The position numbers and the translations under genes are program-made. From assembly GCA_964016885.1 (NCBI GenBank), contig OZ024742.1, forward strand, positions 73,532,001 to 73,596,000: a DNA stretch of 64,000 nt, written 5' to 3'. Origin of the DNA: Eledone cirrhosa. Lineage: Eukaryota. The notes below the pieces were generated by a model, which saw only the letters and a list, made by a program, of their open reading frames with translations, did not search any database and had not been told where the DNA came from. Position 1 is the first letter of the stretch. Each line of letters opens with the position of its first letter. Positions 39,101-53,672 of the stretch are shown one piece after another.

Positions 39101-39400
39101 CTACAGTTCTGTCTCTATCTCTAGCTACAGTTCTCTCTCTATCTCTAGCTACAGTTCTGTCTCTATCTCTAGCTACAGTTATGTCTCTAGCTACAGTTCT
39201 GTCTCTATCTCTAGCTACAGTTCTGTCTCTATCTCTAGCTACAGTTCTGTCTCTTATCTCTAGCTACAGTTATGTCTCTATCTCTAGCTACAGTTCTGTC
39301 TCTTATCTCTAGCTACAATTCTGTCTCTTGTCTCTAACTACAATTCCCTCACCATCTCTAGCTGCAGTGCTCTCTCTATCTCTAGCTACACTTCTCTCTG
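33125..39400. repeat. 24-bp satellite array (~6.3 kb) with higher-order structure
   Basis: Unit agctacagttctgtctctatctct; variant patterns recur at an offset of 2190 bp (33331 vs 35521; ORFs 34136 vs 36326). Confidence 0.98.
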
Positions 39401-40616
39401 TCTATTTGTTATATTGATTTCTTTTGATGAAATACACCATCAAATTTATTGGGGCCCTGTGGAAATATTGATGACGAAACTAACTGCAATACACACACAT
39501 ATAGGGAAAATAGGGTTTGAAAATGCAATGACTGACCTTTTGGTTATTTAGAAGGTTTCTGTATTAATGTGCCAAGTAATTTGATAATTACTTATATATT
39601 TTTGTTTACTTTTACCAGTTTCGGCTATGTTTACAGCCTTTCCCAAAAGATTTTTGTTAGTCTTTCTAAAATATTTTTTTTTGTTTATCTCACGTGGTTG
39701 GTCACTTGTGTTATTTCTGAGTACAAGGGATACAACTGGTTTTATCATTGTCGGAGAACATGATTCATTACAAGGCTTGATTATGTTTTTGTTTTTTTTT
39801 AATAAAAAAGTTTTATCGATGTTTGTAAAAAATTGAGTTTTGGTTTGAATTTACTTATGAAAAAATCTTCCCTTACTAAATCCATTTTTCCTGGGTGAAA
39901 TTTTTTACTACACTGCTATAATGGGAAGAGATAGAAATTTGGCAGAATTCATCCTTCACATTCCTCTATATGTTGGCTTAGAGGGATCTTTCTGGTGTGT
40001 ATGACCTTGATTGATTGACAATGAACTGTCGTTCGTCTTTAGAGGGAGGTGCCTGTTTGTCTAATATAATGTTTGTGGCAGCCTTTACACTTTGCAAGGA
40101 AGTCATTTTTAATTTTCTAGATAGGACTGTCTTTGAAATTTAATTCATTGCCCTTCAACTGATAATTGCATGCTCTGCAGTTGGGTTGATTGCACCTTTT
40201 TACTTCAAGTTCTGATAGTGGTAACTAGTGTCTGAACTGAAGGTACTATTGATAGTGTTAACTAATGTCTGAACAGTTTTATTCTTCATTTACAACATTA
40301 CAAAGTGAACATGTTTTTGTTTAGTCAATTCTGAATATTTGGTTGGATTTAACCTCTTTTATAGGCTGATTGTTGATACATTCATTTCAAAAAGAAATCT
40401 AAAATTTTGAAAGTTTATAGTTTGAAGATTTAGGGATATAACTTTATTTGAAGTTTCCTTTTTTCCACATTTGCTTTTGAGACAAGATTAGTGAGTTTAT
40501 TTCGCTGTTAAATACATTGTTTGTTTTCATATGTGGTCTATTTTCAGCAGTTTATTTATTCTTTAGGGATTTTATTCATATGAGCATATGAATGTGTATG
40601 TATATATATATCATAA

Positions 40617-40661
<45 letters not shown>

Positions 40662-40912
40662 ATATGTATATTGTTTTTACATGCTGGTATGGTTCAGCTG
40701 AGGCTTTTTTGAAGCAGATTTCTATGGTTGGGTGCTTTTATTAATGTATGTCCCTACTTCTCGTTTTTCTAAGCATACCAAGGATCTATATACCAGTGAG
40801 TCACGGGGCTTCTGTTTATGCGCGACACAAACAAATATTGGAACCTGTCACTATATCAACCATAGAGTTTAATATGCTTTAGCATTTTATCTGAGAGTAT
40901 ATTTATATCTTA

Positions 40913-41349
40913 TCTAAACTATAATAAAGTAAGGAGTGCAGGACTGCATACAGTTTATTTCTTTTAATCCAGTTAGTAAAATAAGTTGAATTACTTTGAA
41001 TAAATAATGAATGAATATTACATAATTTATCTACTAAATTTCGTAGCTGTTGATTAAATATATTTTATTGCTTATTTAAAGATTCACTTCTTTAAAATTT
41101 TCAAATGTCAACACTTCCAGTTAGCGATGGCTTAAATAGACATATATTTCCGTCACTAATTTTGTCCTAATGCAGTTTATATATAATATCGTCTTTTTTT
41201 TTTTATGTATCATGGATTACGTTACTGATTACATAAGAGAGTGTAACACAGTCTTTGTTCAATTTCTGTGCATATTGTCAATTACAATTTTATTTGATGT
41301 ATCATATCTACATGGATATATACTTTTTGAAGGGTGGTTTTTCTGTTAG
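40913..41349 (+). mobile_element. Non-autonomous Helitron, second copy
   Basis: Colinear with 14928-15389; the left arm of the 3' hairpin is deleted and the end reads TTAG|T. Confidence 0.75.
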
Positions 41350-41449
41350 TTTGTTTAATGATAGAAAAAACTGTAATTATAGAGCTTTATGGTTATTTAT
41401 ATTCTGTTTCAAGAAAAGCATCATCATCCAGTCTGCTCTGGTCAATATA

Positions 41450-41920
41450 GATGGTCAGCTTCAGCTTCTGTTGGATTAATGAGGCTGAAGATCTGATGAG
41501 TAAGAGTTTGGTGAAGTGTATAGTATAGGAAGGGGTTTTGTTAGGTGACACATGGAATTATTGAAAGCAAGAGGCGAGACAGATTCATTGTTTGGTATAC
41601 TGTTTTAACAGTGTAAAGGAGCAGAAACTGTTGTTGGTGTGAGGTTTATTAATCAGCTAAATATTTTTCTTTTTGTGAGTAATTAAGATATTTGTGTGTG
41701 TAGCAGCTGCTCCACCCCAAATGTGTGAGCAACACACTAATTTGGGTCATGCACTTGAAGTGTTTTCTCACTATAATGCGGAAGTCTTGTTCTGGAGGTG
41801 CAGTCTAGGCAATGTTACAGATACATGTTTCCTAGGAAAGGTCACCACAGCCTCGCATTTGTAAAGGTTTTTGACTGTTTTAGTTGGAAGTTGTCATGAG
41901 GAAGACAGGGTGTGGTATTG
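41450..41920 (-). mobile_element. Degenerate CR1/L2/Jockey-group LINE RT C-terminal fragment
   Basis: Minus-strand PKLVCCSHIWGGAAATHTNIL resembles the motif RP.LEYCSH.WGG. Confidence 0.55.
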
Positions 41921-42589
41921 ATATGTGTTAGTAAATTGTGTTTTGATACTGTTGAATGAAACTAGTTTCTCATGTACTTATTGGAGGATGTTTTCATTAA
42001 TATAATACATATCTTGGATGGATGTGTAAAATATGGTACCATCTGTATAAGAATCTGTCTGATTAGAAGTGACGAAGTCAAGGCTGTTTTTTTTTTTAGA
42101 AAAGGAAGAATGTATAGACATAACTAAACCCTGCCATACATCATACTTGATGGAATTTGTGATACAATAAACTGGTTTCTTAATATGTATCTTTAATATA
42201 GGGTAGTAGATTGGCAGAATTGTTAGAGCATTGGACAAATGCTTGCAGTATTTGTTCTTGTTCTTTATGTTCTGAGTTGAAATCCTGCCTAGGCTAGCTT
42301 TGCCTTTTATTCTTCATGAGTTAGTAAAATAAAGTATCAATGAAGTACTGGAGTTAATTTATTCAATTTCCCCTCTTAAAATTGCTGGCATTGTGCCTAA
42401 ATTAGAAGTACCTTTAATATAAAATTTTGGAGTGTACAGAAGAAAATGTAAGCACATCTGTAAATTGAAAATTGACATTAGTAATAGTTAACAAAAACAA
42501 CTGTTTTTACGCTGCAGCTAAACATTGTTCTTTCATTGGTTTCAGTTATTGGACTGCAGCTAGTCAAGAGTTGTAGTTGATTATATCAT

Positions 42590-42744
<155 letters not shown>

Positions 42745-43959
42745 AGCTGTACACACACAATCCATAAAAATTTGGCAAGGGAATCAAATATTACTTATTC
42801 CATCCATAAAACAATGAGTTATGTACTAGTTCCAATAATAATAATTGATAAATTTGTCCCAATGCAAGTAACTTTTCATGATTTTGTTTCTGCAATTTAA
42901 ATGGTTATTACTGTATGATATGTTATATTACTGGTTTGATGGTTATTACTCTGTGATATGTCATAGTACTGGTTTAAGATAATCTTTAGATTGATGTCTT
43001 TGACTACTCATATCATAATAGCATATTCCTTTTCACTGTGTGTAACTTAGCGGTGTTGGAACATGGTCGAAAGGTTGTGAGTTTGATTCTTGGATTAGGC
43101 AGCATGATGTGTTCTTGACCAAGATGCTTGGTTTAGGTGGCATGATGTCTTAAATACCTCTGGGAAACCTCTTATCAGATGAAACCCTGTATGATGAGGC
43201 CAGCTAAACATGTGTAACTGTGGTCTGTAAATTTGATTTCAGTTTTCACTTTCTATAGTATATTAAGGATTAGAGCACCGAGATGATGGATTTCACTTCT
43301 TTGACAAATACCTTGGCTAAGATTAGTATATGTGCAATTGAAATTAAAAGAAGTAAAAAATGGAAAAAGAAATTTCAAGCAAGTAATAATAATGTATTGT
43401 GTGATATTGGTCAGAAGATGGCTAATCTATATAGCATGTCTGACAGTATTACATCTTCTTAACATAAGCACATGTCCAAGTATAAAATAGAAATTGTTTT
43501 CCAGTCTAGTACTTATTTCGCTGTTTTTGGTAGTATTTCAACTCAAAGGAAATACTGGACTAGATACCATAAGGTATCTAGTTGTTTTTATATTGATGGC
43601 ACCACTTCCATTGAATTGTGAATATTTTAATTTTTGTTTTTGTAAATTGTAGCGTCATTGGTTGGTTTCTGATGATGAATGTCAAAGAGGCACCTGTTCT
43701 TGGTAGAATTCACTTGGCTTGGCTGCCCTTGGCACTAAACGCTTTTAGTCATGTTTTATGATACGTAGGGATATGGTGTGCATATTCTAAACCGGATACA
43801 CACAACAGATATAATTACACACACACACCTATATATATATGTGTGTGTGTGCGTTTATACACTCATTCTAAGCTAGCCAATAATGTTTACAAGAAGCAAA
43901 TGTGTGAGAAAAGTGATACAGTCGGTGAGTTGCTTAATATGTAGGCTAGACTGAGTTAG

Positions 43960-44540
43960 ATATAGAAGAAATGGACATCCTGCCAGAATGACAAAGGTGG
44001 GTGAGATATTGTGCCCAAAGAGATTTGCCGATTTGAAGTTAAGGAATGTGAAACTAAAGCAATATGGGTTAGGATACTGATGTGCATGGCTAGCAATTGA
44101 GCAAAATATTTCATATTGTTTTTATTCCACAATGATGGTAAGAACATGTTGCTAATGACAGGAAGTTGTAGGTGGATGTGAAAGAAATACTTGTTTCCAA
44201 ACCATTTTGCCATAAGGAAGCAATGCCATGACCTTCCGGCATAGTATGGCTTGATTAAAAAAAAAAAAAAAAAATGTTCAGTTATGCCTTAGGAAAAGAT
44301 TGTGGAGTGGGAGCATGCAAAGAAGGGTTTAAAATATGGATTGGGCAGTTGTATGTAGCATGTAGATGGCACTGTATGGTGTTTTCCAGCAAAGGTAGAA
44401 TATTAAGGTTTGAAGCTTGATCCACTGCGTCATACCTGGTTAATGTTAAACTTAAGAAGAATAACAGAGCAGTGATTTGTCAATAGTTGTAGAGGGAAAC
44501 AGAAAGTGCTTAAATCATGGATGAGAGAAAACCTAAACCC
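43960..44540 (-). mobile_element. Highly degenerate non-LTR RT remnant, possibly the upstream part of the 41.5-41.9 kb element
   Basis: Fragments LWNKNNMK, SANLFG..IS..LSFW and a GV.QGS-like stretch; weak. Confidence 0.35.
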
Positions 44541-45399
44541 GAGCATATTTTCATTAAGAAATAAAATCAAATAGTTACTTCATGGCTTGATTCGTTATAG
44601 CTACACACATTTTGAATATGTTGGCCAGTTACTGTTGACAAAGAGAGTGCCTTGCTGTCCAAGCTGTATCCACTAACAAAGTATCGGTGAACCCTGGACT
44701 GTATTAGAAGACACCAAAGGTGTTGTTCAGTGGCTGTGAGGCAAACTTCTTAACAACACTGCAACTATCTTCAAAGATATATTGTTAATCTCTTAAAGTG
44801 GTACAAATACTGTTATATTGACAGCTGCTGTCTACACTTATATTGACAGTGGCTCCGCTGTATAATGTCAGTTTGACGTATGATCAGTATTATATCCTGC
44901 TCAGTAGTTTGTAGCATCAGTCTTAAATGAAGGTCACTGACCATTCCTACCTAGCCAATTATAAATTATTCATAGACAATTCTTTTTTTGTTGTTGTTGT
45001 TTTCACTTTTTTTTCTTCAGAGACAGGTGGGAGAGTCATATGTCATGTGGTGGTTTTCATTAAATGAACAATGCATAAAACTCAACAGCATTTAGTTGAC
45101 ATGATCAATGGATTATGATGTATAACTTTGTTAAAATATTTTATAATCCCCTGTTTTTCTTTCTAGCATTTTATTTGGTTTAAAGTTTTCATTCTAGTCA
45201 TAAATTTTTTGTTGCTTTTGAGTTTGAAGAAAATAATGCCTATATAGTATTTTTATTATCCCCTTTCTAACACTACATGTCTAAATTCCTGTATATTATC
45301 TTCAAAATTATCAGCAATTAGTTTACCCTCCTCCCCAATGTGTTTATATGGTTACAGCTGAAGCCATAAATACTTGAACGGTTCCTGCACTTTTGGACC

Positions 45400-46790
45400 T
45401 GAGCTGGTGACCATCTCATTGGATGCCAGCATCCAGACACATTCGTTGACACCTGCCATAGTGCCTCAAACCTGTTCAACTTCCATAAATGCTCCCAACA
45501 GAGCAGTATCTCTCGAGCCTGAACTTACCACCCTTCGCTCTGTCTGAAGCTATGACGACATTGTCATCAAACTGGTAGACTAGTGGGTTGCCGTGGTTGT
45601 GTGGCGCGCCAACTTCTTCTACAAGTTGGCTCTACGACAGCTTCGTAATCCCCTCTTCTACTGTCTCCTGCCCTCTGATCCCATCCCCTCAATACCATCA
45701 ACAAATATCCTCCACTGTACATCATACACTGCCTGTACAACTACTACTTCCTGCCCAAAATTCACAAATCAGTTACCCCTGACTGCGCCATTGTCTCCAC
45801 TTGCAACTGCCCCACCGAATTCATTTCCCCCTATCTCAACTTCATCCTCACACCCCTAGTAGCTGTCCTCCTGTCCCATTTATCTGACACTAACCATGCC
45901 TTTTGCTTCTTCGATTCCTTTATCTTTCCACCTGTCCCCTTTCCTTTTCACCCTCATCTCCATCCACTTCCTGGACATCTGTCTCCATCGACCCCTCCCA
46001 TCATTCTCCCTCATCACCTCCACCTTCAAACCCACCAACTCCCATTCCTACCTCAATTCTACCTTATGCCACCTCACTCATATCAAACACTTCATCCCCT
46101 TTCTCCCAATTCTTCATTCTCCGCTGCCTATGTAGTCAAACCCATGACCTTCAGGTTCAGGCCTATTACATGGCTAGACTGATCACTCGGCAAGTTTACC
46201 TCCTTTCTGGACCAAGCTGCCTGTGCCCATGAAGTCAACCGCACCTCCACACTCACTCCATTCCCTGTTACCTACCACCTCTCCACCTTGCCCTTTCAAA
46301 AGACTATCCTCTGGCTGTTCTGCCACCTCCAGTCAGACCTCCACCATCTTACCTTCTAAGTGCTCACATAACCTCGTTCACAGTTCCCTTCCCCTCCTCC
46401 ACTCTTGCTCCTAACCTCACTTCCACACATACAACTTCATAACCAATGCCTCAACTCTCAGTGAGCCAATCCTTCCGAGTCAGGAATTCCTTCTGCTGCA
46501 CCTCCTCCAGTCTTGTCTATGGGCTCTGTTGTATGCTATGTGGTGCCATCTACATTGGACAAACTAGTCGTCAACTGGTGGACAGGTTTGACAAACATCT
46601 CCGTGACAGGCTCAACAACCTGTCTCCAGTTGTCCGTTCCACTGGACATTCTGCTCATCTCATTGTTTTCAGCTTCGTTGCTTGCTCTGGACCCCTGGGT
46701 TCACACTTGCGTAGAGAGCAGCAGATAATTTTTCCCTTTGAACCTGGAGTGCAAATTGCCTTAACTCCCCACTCCTCTTCCTCTAGCCGC
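45400..46790 (+). mobile_element. Penelope-like element remnant (RT fragments plus GIY-YIG endonuclease)
   Basis: Peptides DIVIKLVD..VAVVVW, PKIHK..PL, FLDI, FKPTNSHSYL..CH..H.K..IPF.QF..LRCLCS, and CTSSSLVYGLCCMLCGAIYIGQTSRQLVDRFDKH (GIY-YIG). Many frameshifts. Confidence 0.88.
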
Positions 46791-47426
46791 CTCCCCCACT
46801 CTCATACTAACACACTTACTTACACACATAGACATAGTAACACACAGTTACAAAAACAAAATGCACACACCGACACAACTAATTAATTACACCAACATAA
46901 CCATGATATACATATAATCCTACTAACATTACTAATTAACTAATCAATTATACTAACAGACCACTCTCATACCAACACGCATGCACTACCATCAACACCC
47001 ACCAAGACACCCTTCCACCCTTCCACACTCATAAATGGACACACCACTGTGATCATAGACAAATACATACATCACATTGTTCCTAATGCTACTAATTAAC
47101 TAACTAATTATACTAACTAATCATACTAACACACCTAACGTTACTACACACCCAACTCAAACAATCACACTACACTCCTTTTCTACCATTACATGTACAC
47201 ACTGCCACCATAGCTCCTATCCCATTTCTTCCCATTGCCATCTTCATCCCATGCTACTTCTGTTCTTCATGCACCACACAGCCACTCCTCTGGCCACTTC
47301 CTGAAATAGCCCAGCTTTGACCACAACCTGCTCACTGCTACGACTCCAAGACAAGGATCTTTATGAAACACCATTCACATACACAGACCAACATAAAAAA
47401 CTCATCAAAGCCTACACATGTATGTA

Positions 47427-47501
<75 letters not shown>

Positions 47502-48915
47502 ATGTGTGCATGTAGTTTATATAGGTCTGAAGAATCCAGACACATACACAAAAATAGCCTTAAAAAATTCAGACACGTATATATTCACATACATGCAAGC
47601 GTGGAAGATGGATGTTAAACGATGATGATGATGATGATGATGATGATGACATAGACATGTAGATATACTAATACATAAACATACACACACTTATATGTAC
47701 ACATGCACTAAAAAAACACACAAAAGAATTCAGACACACTCACACAGTTTTGGTGTAGATAACTGTATCTTTAGTAAATAGGTTGACCACAGTCTATGGT
47801 AAATGACTCTTGCCCAAGATGTCACACAGATTGTACCCAGAAATAACAAAGTTATATTATTTTCAAATCCCGCCGAGGTTAACTTTGCCTTTCATCCTTA
47901 CGGGGTCGATAAAATAAAGCACCAGTAATACACTGGAATAATTGGTGGTCTTGTGCCAATTATTTAATCCCTATAATTTCTTGATTATTTTCAAAAATAT
48001 TTGAAAATCATAGACAGTGTCCTTCAGTAGAAAAATGGTAATGAAAAGGTTAAAATTGCTGCAGTCACCCCAATAAATATGTAGCAAATTGTATTAAACC
48101 CTTTTGATAACAAACCACCTGAAATTGCCCTGGGTTCTAAAATACAAAGCTGTTTATTTTAAAGTATTTATATATATTTAAAAGCATTCATTCTATTATA
48201 ATTTTATCTAAGAACTTTTGCTAAGTTATGTTCCAAACACCATCTTAATGGTTTTTAATTCAGACCCAAGGCCATCAATTATGTGGTGGGAAAAGAGAAA
48301 GTTGGTTATGTTACTAAATCTCTCCAACTTCTTGATTATTGTCAAAAAGACCAGAAATTTTAACATGAACTGAAACTTGTGATATTTACAAATGTTAACC
48401 ATCAAATGAATAAGTTTGATTCATTGGAATTGCTTACTGGGCCTTAATTTCACTTGTATTTGTAATGATGATAATAAAAAGAATTTCTTTTAATTAGTTT
48501 TCTGTATTTGTTTAAACTGGATAATTAGTTTATCTAAAGATGCTACTGCTTGTAGCAGGATATGATTCCATATCATCATTATCATTTTATAAAGCATCTT
48601 CCATGCTGGCATCGGTTGGAAAGGTTGTTACTGTCTGAGACTAGTTAGGTTGGCGAGACCTTATCTTGCTCATACATTCCATATTTGGCATGGATTCTTT
48701 GGCTTGATGCTCTTCCTAACATCAACCACCTTACAAGGTGTGCTGGGGTAGGTTTTATCGTGGCACCAGCAGTCCAGTCCAATTAGGTTACTGGCAGCTT
48801 CTATTGTACAAAATATTTCTTGGTAAAAATATGAAAGTTGGCTTAGGAGAAAAGAATCATCACGATAATGATTGACTTTATTCAAATAAATTTTATTTGT
48901 GTCTGTAGCAAATCA

Positions 48916-49078
<163 letters not shown>

Positions 49079-52000
49079 TGTATGAGAGAGAGAGAGAATA
49101 ACTTGTATTTAGATATATCAAATTAATAAAGTAATCTTATAGGTGCAAGCATGTACTTAAATCCTTCACATCACAACTATATGGTCTGCATCCATATCTG
49201 TGTTTGTATTCCCAGTGTGTTGAGATGCATCCCTACATAACATTCAATAAATGAAGATTGATAAACTAAATACCAGACCAAAGTAACCTCTGGAGTTCTT
49301 ATTGATTAAAATCCCAACATGGCCACAGTCAAATGAATGAAATGAGTAAAAGAGTGTAATTTTTAACAAGCATAATTAATTTAGTTTCATAATTTTTTTA
49401 CATTTTAGCAGAGTGTTACCAGTTTGTGAGAGGAATAATTGTCAGTTAGACTGCAGTGTATATCTGATTGATAAGGGAGAAAATTGGCAGGGTTGTTAGA
49501 GTGTTGGACAATATGCTTTGTTTTTTACATTGTGAAGACGACATTCCTTTTCATTCTTCCAGTGTCAATAAATAGATATCTGTCCAGGGTGGTGGATTAG
49601 CAAAATTATTAGTGTTGGACAAAATATGTTGCAGTATTTCTTCTGGCCCTTTATATTGTGTGTGACGAGGCTGGTGTGCTGAACTTGTCTGTATCAAGCC
49701 AACATGATGATGTCTTGTAAAAGGTATCTGAAGCTACACAAAATTTCATAAAGACATAACGCTTGTGAAAGATGTCACCAGAATTTGTTTGATATCCTGA
49801 CAGTGCAAGGAAGGAACACTACTGATATTTATTTTATTAATAATGGTGATGTCAACAAGATTTGAACTCAGTTGATTTTAGCAGGATTTGGACTCAGAAC
49901 ATTGGGGTATGAAACTAAGTACAACAATGCATTTAGTCCTGTGCTTTACTGTTTTTGCAATCCTATTGCCTTGATGATGGTGATAGTTAATAGCCAATGA
50001 CTTCTTAGTTGGCACTAGGATGTATGTGTCTGGTGGTAGTTGATTTAATGAACACCAAAACTTGATTTGCACTAAGACATATCTGTGTGGTGATAATGGT
50101 GGTGGTGATTTCTAGTTGATTTAATCAACACCTTGACTAATGTTGATTTTATTGTCTAGTAGGGTTTGAACTCAGATTATAAACAACAAACATTTTAAAG
50201 CCTTGCAAGTCACATGATGGGCTTCATGCTCATTATTATGTCTTTTTTTGTTGCAATGCTTTATGGCTCAATGGCCTTCTTAGTACCAACCTTTTTAATT
50301 GTCTCTTACAGTGTATAGGGAAATTGTATATCTTAATACACATAATAATCAGATTTTAAAGAGATGTCATAATAAGAAAGAAAGAAGAAATGTTCCATAT
50401 TTAAATAAATTCCTCCTAAGTTTGAATTATATCTAAAGTTAATAGTGCATCTTATTAAATATATGGTAACAGAAGTGTTAAAATGTTTCTATAATTTTTT
50501 TTTTTTAATTTTTTTTTTTTTTTACTAACACTTACTATACTTAAGTATGTTGCTTTAAAACCCATTATTTTACTTCTTCCATGGGTGCCCAATAAAAATA
50601 AAGTTATCTCTTTCATGAAATTTTATCAAAATATAATTACAATAATTAAAAAATGAATTTTGTTTATTTTGATATTTAGAGTATTGAATATTCAAATTTT
50701 AGTTTTTAAGGATTTTTTTTTACCTTAGAGAGTTTTGTTTTTATTTGGGGTTCTTATGTCATATTTTTCTGTGAAACTCCATTGTGCCATATATCTTAAC
50801 CTTTGATGTATATCTGTTGTCCATAAATCATATCTGTATCTGGTACCCTACCATCCTATTTGTATATCTGAACCCATGTGGTAGCCTCAGTATGAATTCT
50901 TTTAGATATTGTGTTGATTTATATGAAATATATTTCAACATAACTGCTGTAAAGTAAAATATTGATTTTTGTGGTTCTAAATGCTCAATCATCATCTTTT
51001 GTGATAACTATTCTGATAAATATGGGTGGGCATGCCCCTTCCCAGTTTCACAATACTGCTGTATTTATTCAGGTTAAGTCCACTTTTATTCTGGTAGATC
51101 ACTGATGAAATCAGTTGAAATCATTTCTCAACATTACAGCTTTGGGTGGGTCTTAGGTTAACTGGAATTCAGCATTGCAGTGCCTTTTATGACTTTCAGT
51201 GTTATACCATATACCATGATCACTAAGGCTTACACCCTATTTCCCTTTTCTCTTGATAAAAATATGATAGTAGTTTGAAATGTGGTTTTTAAATTATTTA
51301 AGTTTTCTCATCAGCCAGTTTGCTCTATTTCACTATGAGTTATGAAATGGAGATTAATGTTGTAATTCTAGAAAATGTTAATCTATGTTTTAAGAATTGA
51401 TGTATTGTTTATTTAGAAATGAAGGCTAGACACTATATTTTAGAGGCTAGTTAATGATGCTCTGTGTAGGCAGGGTGGAAACAAAAACAAGGTGTCTATT
51501 GGAGTGACATTTTAGGCATCTTCTCACAGTATGTCAATGTTTTGTTTTTCTATCCATTGTTGTGTGAAATAACTGGTGTCAAATGATTTGATTATGATCC
51601 TTTATTAGAGAGGGTCTTCATAAACCTCTTTCTGTTAACATATTTCCAATGAAAAATACTGCCTGTGATTTTCAAGTAATTTTGAAAATAATCAGGAATT
51701 TGGAGGGATTTTGTAATATAAATAATTTGTTATTAGGCTGATGTTTAAAACATAAAATTATGGTGGAAAGTCTTTAGATAAACTGATTTGTATCATAGAA
51801 TTCAGAGCAGTTTCATGTGTTTAGTATCAAAATGGTTAAGTCTTTACTGACACCTGCTAATTCTGCATTCAAAGCATTTGCAGGATAGCCAATGAATAAT
51901 ATTCTAGTGTTTTTAAGAGAAAATGGGCTCAGACACTGAAAAATAATAATGCATTTGCTATAATAATGCAGTGTTCCCAAACCTTGTAGTGGTGAGCTTC

Positions 52001-53160
52001 TAGGTAAAATATTTCAGTGTTTATATTTCAAATGGGGAATTATTGTTGTCCCCTTTACCTACATACCAAGACAGCTGGGTAATACAGTATAGTATAGACC
52101 AGTATACATACACCAGTAGATGTAGTAGATGAACTGTAACACTGTCAAAGGAAGGTGTGTTTATATATTTTTCTAGCCGGTGATTGTGTATATGTAATAT
52201 TCACCATGGCAGTGGACCAATCAAGAGACTTGACTTATCTAAATACTGTCCAACCCCTGTTAGTAGGGAAAGTGGATGTTAAAATATCGATGACAGTCAT
52301 GATGTCTATTGTGTTGACAGTCAAAAGTCGTTTTTCCACAATGGTACGGGGCTAGCTACATTTGAACAACATCTTAGTTTAAGTTAACTATTGTCTTTCA
52401 AATCTTCCTTTATCTGAATATATGCTGTATACATGTACACATGACCTTTACATATAATCACCTGTATATCTAATAATCATTCATCTTCAGATGGGCATAT
52501 ACACTCTATACACTGCCTATACATATATCATCCATATACAATACTATCTTATTCAGTTACAATGCTTTCAATATTCTTTCTTTCATTGTCACTGATGTGT
52601 GTCATATTACTACACTATGTATGTATATAACTTATGCTATGTATGTGTTTAACTGGGCTTCGGGTTATCAAATGAATTAGAATTTAGCAGTTGAAGAAAA
52701 CACTTGTTTATGCTTTTATTCTTTTACAGGATTTAGTCATTAGTCTGTAGTCAAGCTCTGGCACTGTCTTGATTTTTATCAATCATATTCTTTTTCAAGT
52801 CTGATACTTATTTAATCTCTCTTTCTTGTTGAACTGATAAGTTACAGGACATAAATACTGACACTAATGTAAACATAGACTCAGACAAACACACACATAC
52901 ATACACCACACTTGTATGTTATATATTAGCTAGGAGGGAAAATGGAGAGTAAATAATGATAATAGCACAATAGAGACACCTTCGATCACTGCCTTTTAAA
53001 AATAAACTTCTTATACCAAAGCTGAACCTTCAGCAGTTTTCCAAGAGATGGTGACCTGAATAGACCTGTTTTTTATCTAAGAATTTTTTTTCATTTTTTT
53101 CATTTTTATCGCTGCTCACTCTCCTCTATCTTTCTATCTCTTCTTTAATTTCTCAATCTA

Positions 53161-53196
53161 TTTTCTGATGAAAGACTAGCGTCTGAAATGTTAAGA
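53161..53196 (+). ncRNA. Minimal hammerhead ribozyme motif (Penelope type)
   Basis: tttt-CUGAUGA-a-agac(tagc)gtct-GAA-AUGU-U-aaga. Intact core, 4-bp stem II, and an ACGU palindrome decayed to AUGU. Confidence 0.65.
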
Positions 53197-53672
53197 ATCT
53201 TTTCCTACTATATCAATCATAAAACTAATATATTTCTTCATTGTGCTGTCGTTTGTTTTGTTATTTATGTTTACCTTTTGCATATGTGTGTGTGTGTTGT
53301 ATGAACTTCTGCAGTTTCTACTACCAAATTCAACTTACAAGGCATTGGTCAATCTGGAGCAATAATAGAAGACACTTGCCCAAGGTGCCAACATTGGGGC
53401 TAACCCCCAAACCACGAGGTCGTGATGCGAATTTGTTAGCCACACAGCCATCTCTGCACCTAAAATATCTATTATATGTTTCCAAATACATTATTTTCTG
53501 AAATAAATTTGTAGTACATTAACGTTTTATTGACCTACATACATCTAACTCGAAAGGCAGTAGTCCTATAAATGCTGTGCTTCATTCCTCATTTAATGAC
53601 AGAGTTTGTTGTGGCTGTGTATTTCTTCTTATATTCACTATATATAGTTATTGTAAGCTGATTGCTTATGTT

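Noticed and set aside
33113-39312. Long ORFs such as (SLATVLSL)n and (SSYSSVSI)n
   Set aside because: Translations of the 24-bp satellite, which has stop-free frames; frequent frame-breaking indels.
41698-41735. AAAPPQM peptide resembling the next Ssdp exon (SAAAAPSP)
   Set aside because: No in-phase acceptor; it is the antisense of the LINE motif SHIWGGAAA.
45021-45026. Possible 6-nt microexon after a strong pyrimidine tract (cttcag|agacag|gtggga)
   Set aside because: Weak donor and no protein evidence; not supportable without RNA data.
47340-47372. Possible pLTR hammerhead downstream of the Penelope remnant
   Set aside because: Too degenerate; only GAAAC is recognisable.
51101-51130. CUGAUGA...GAAA motif
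   Set aside because: Stem II is only 2 bp and there is no stem I pairing.
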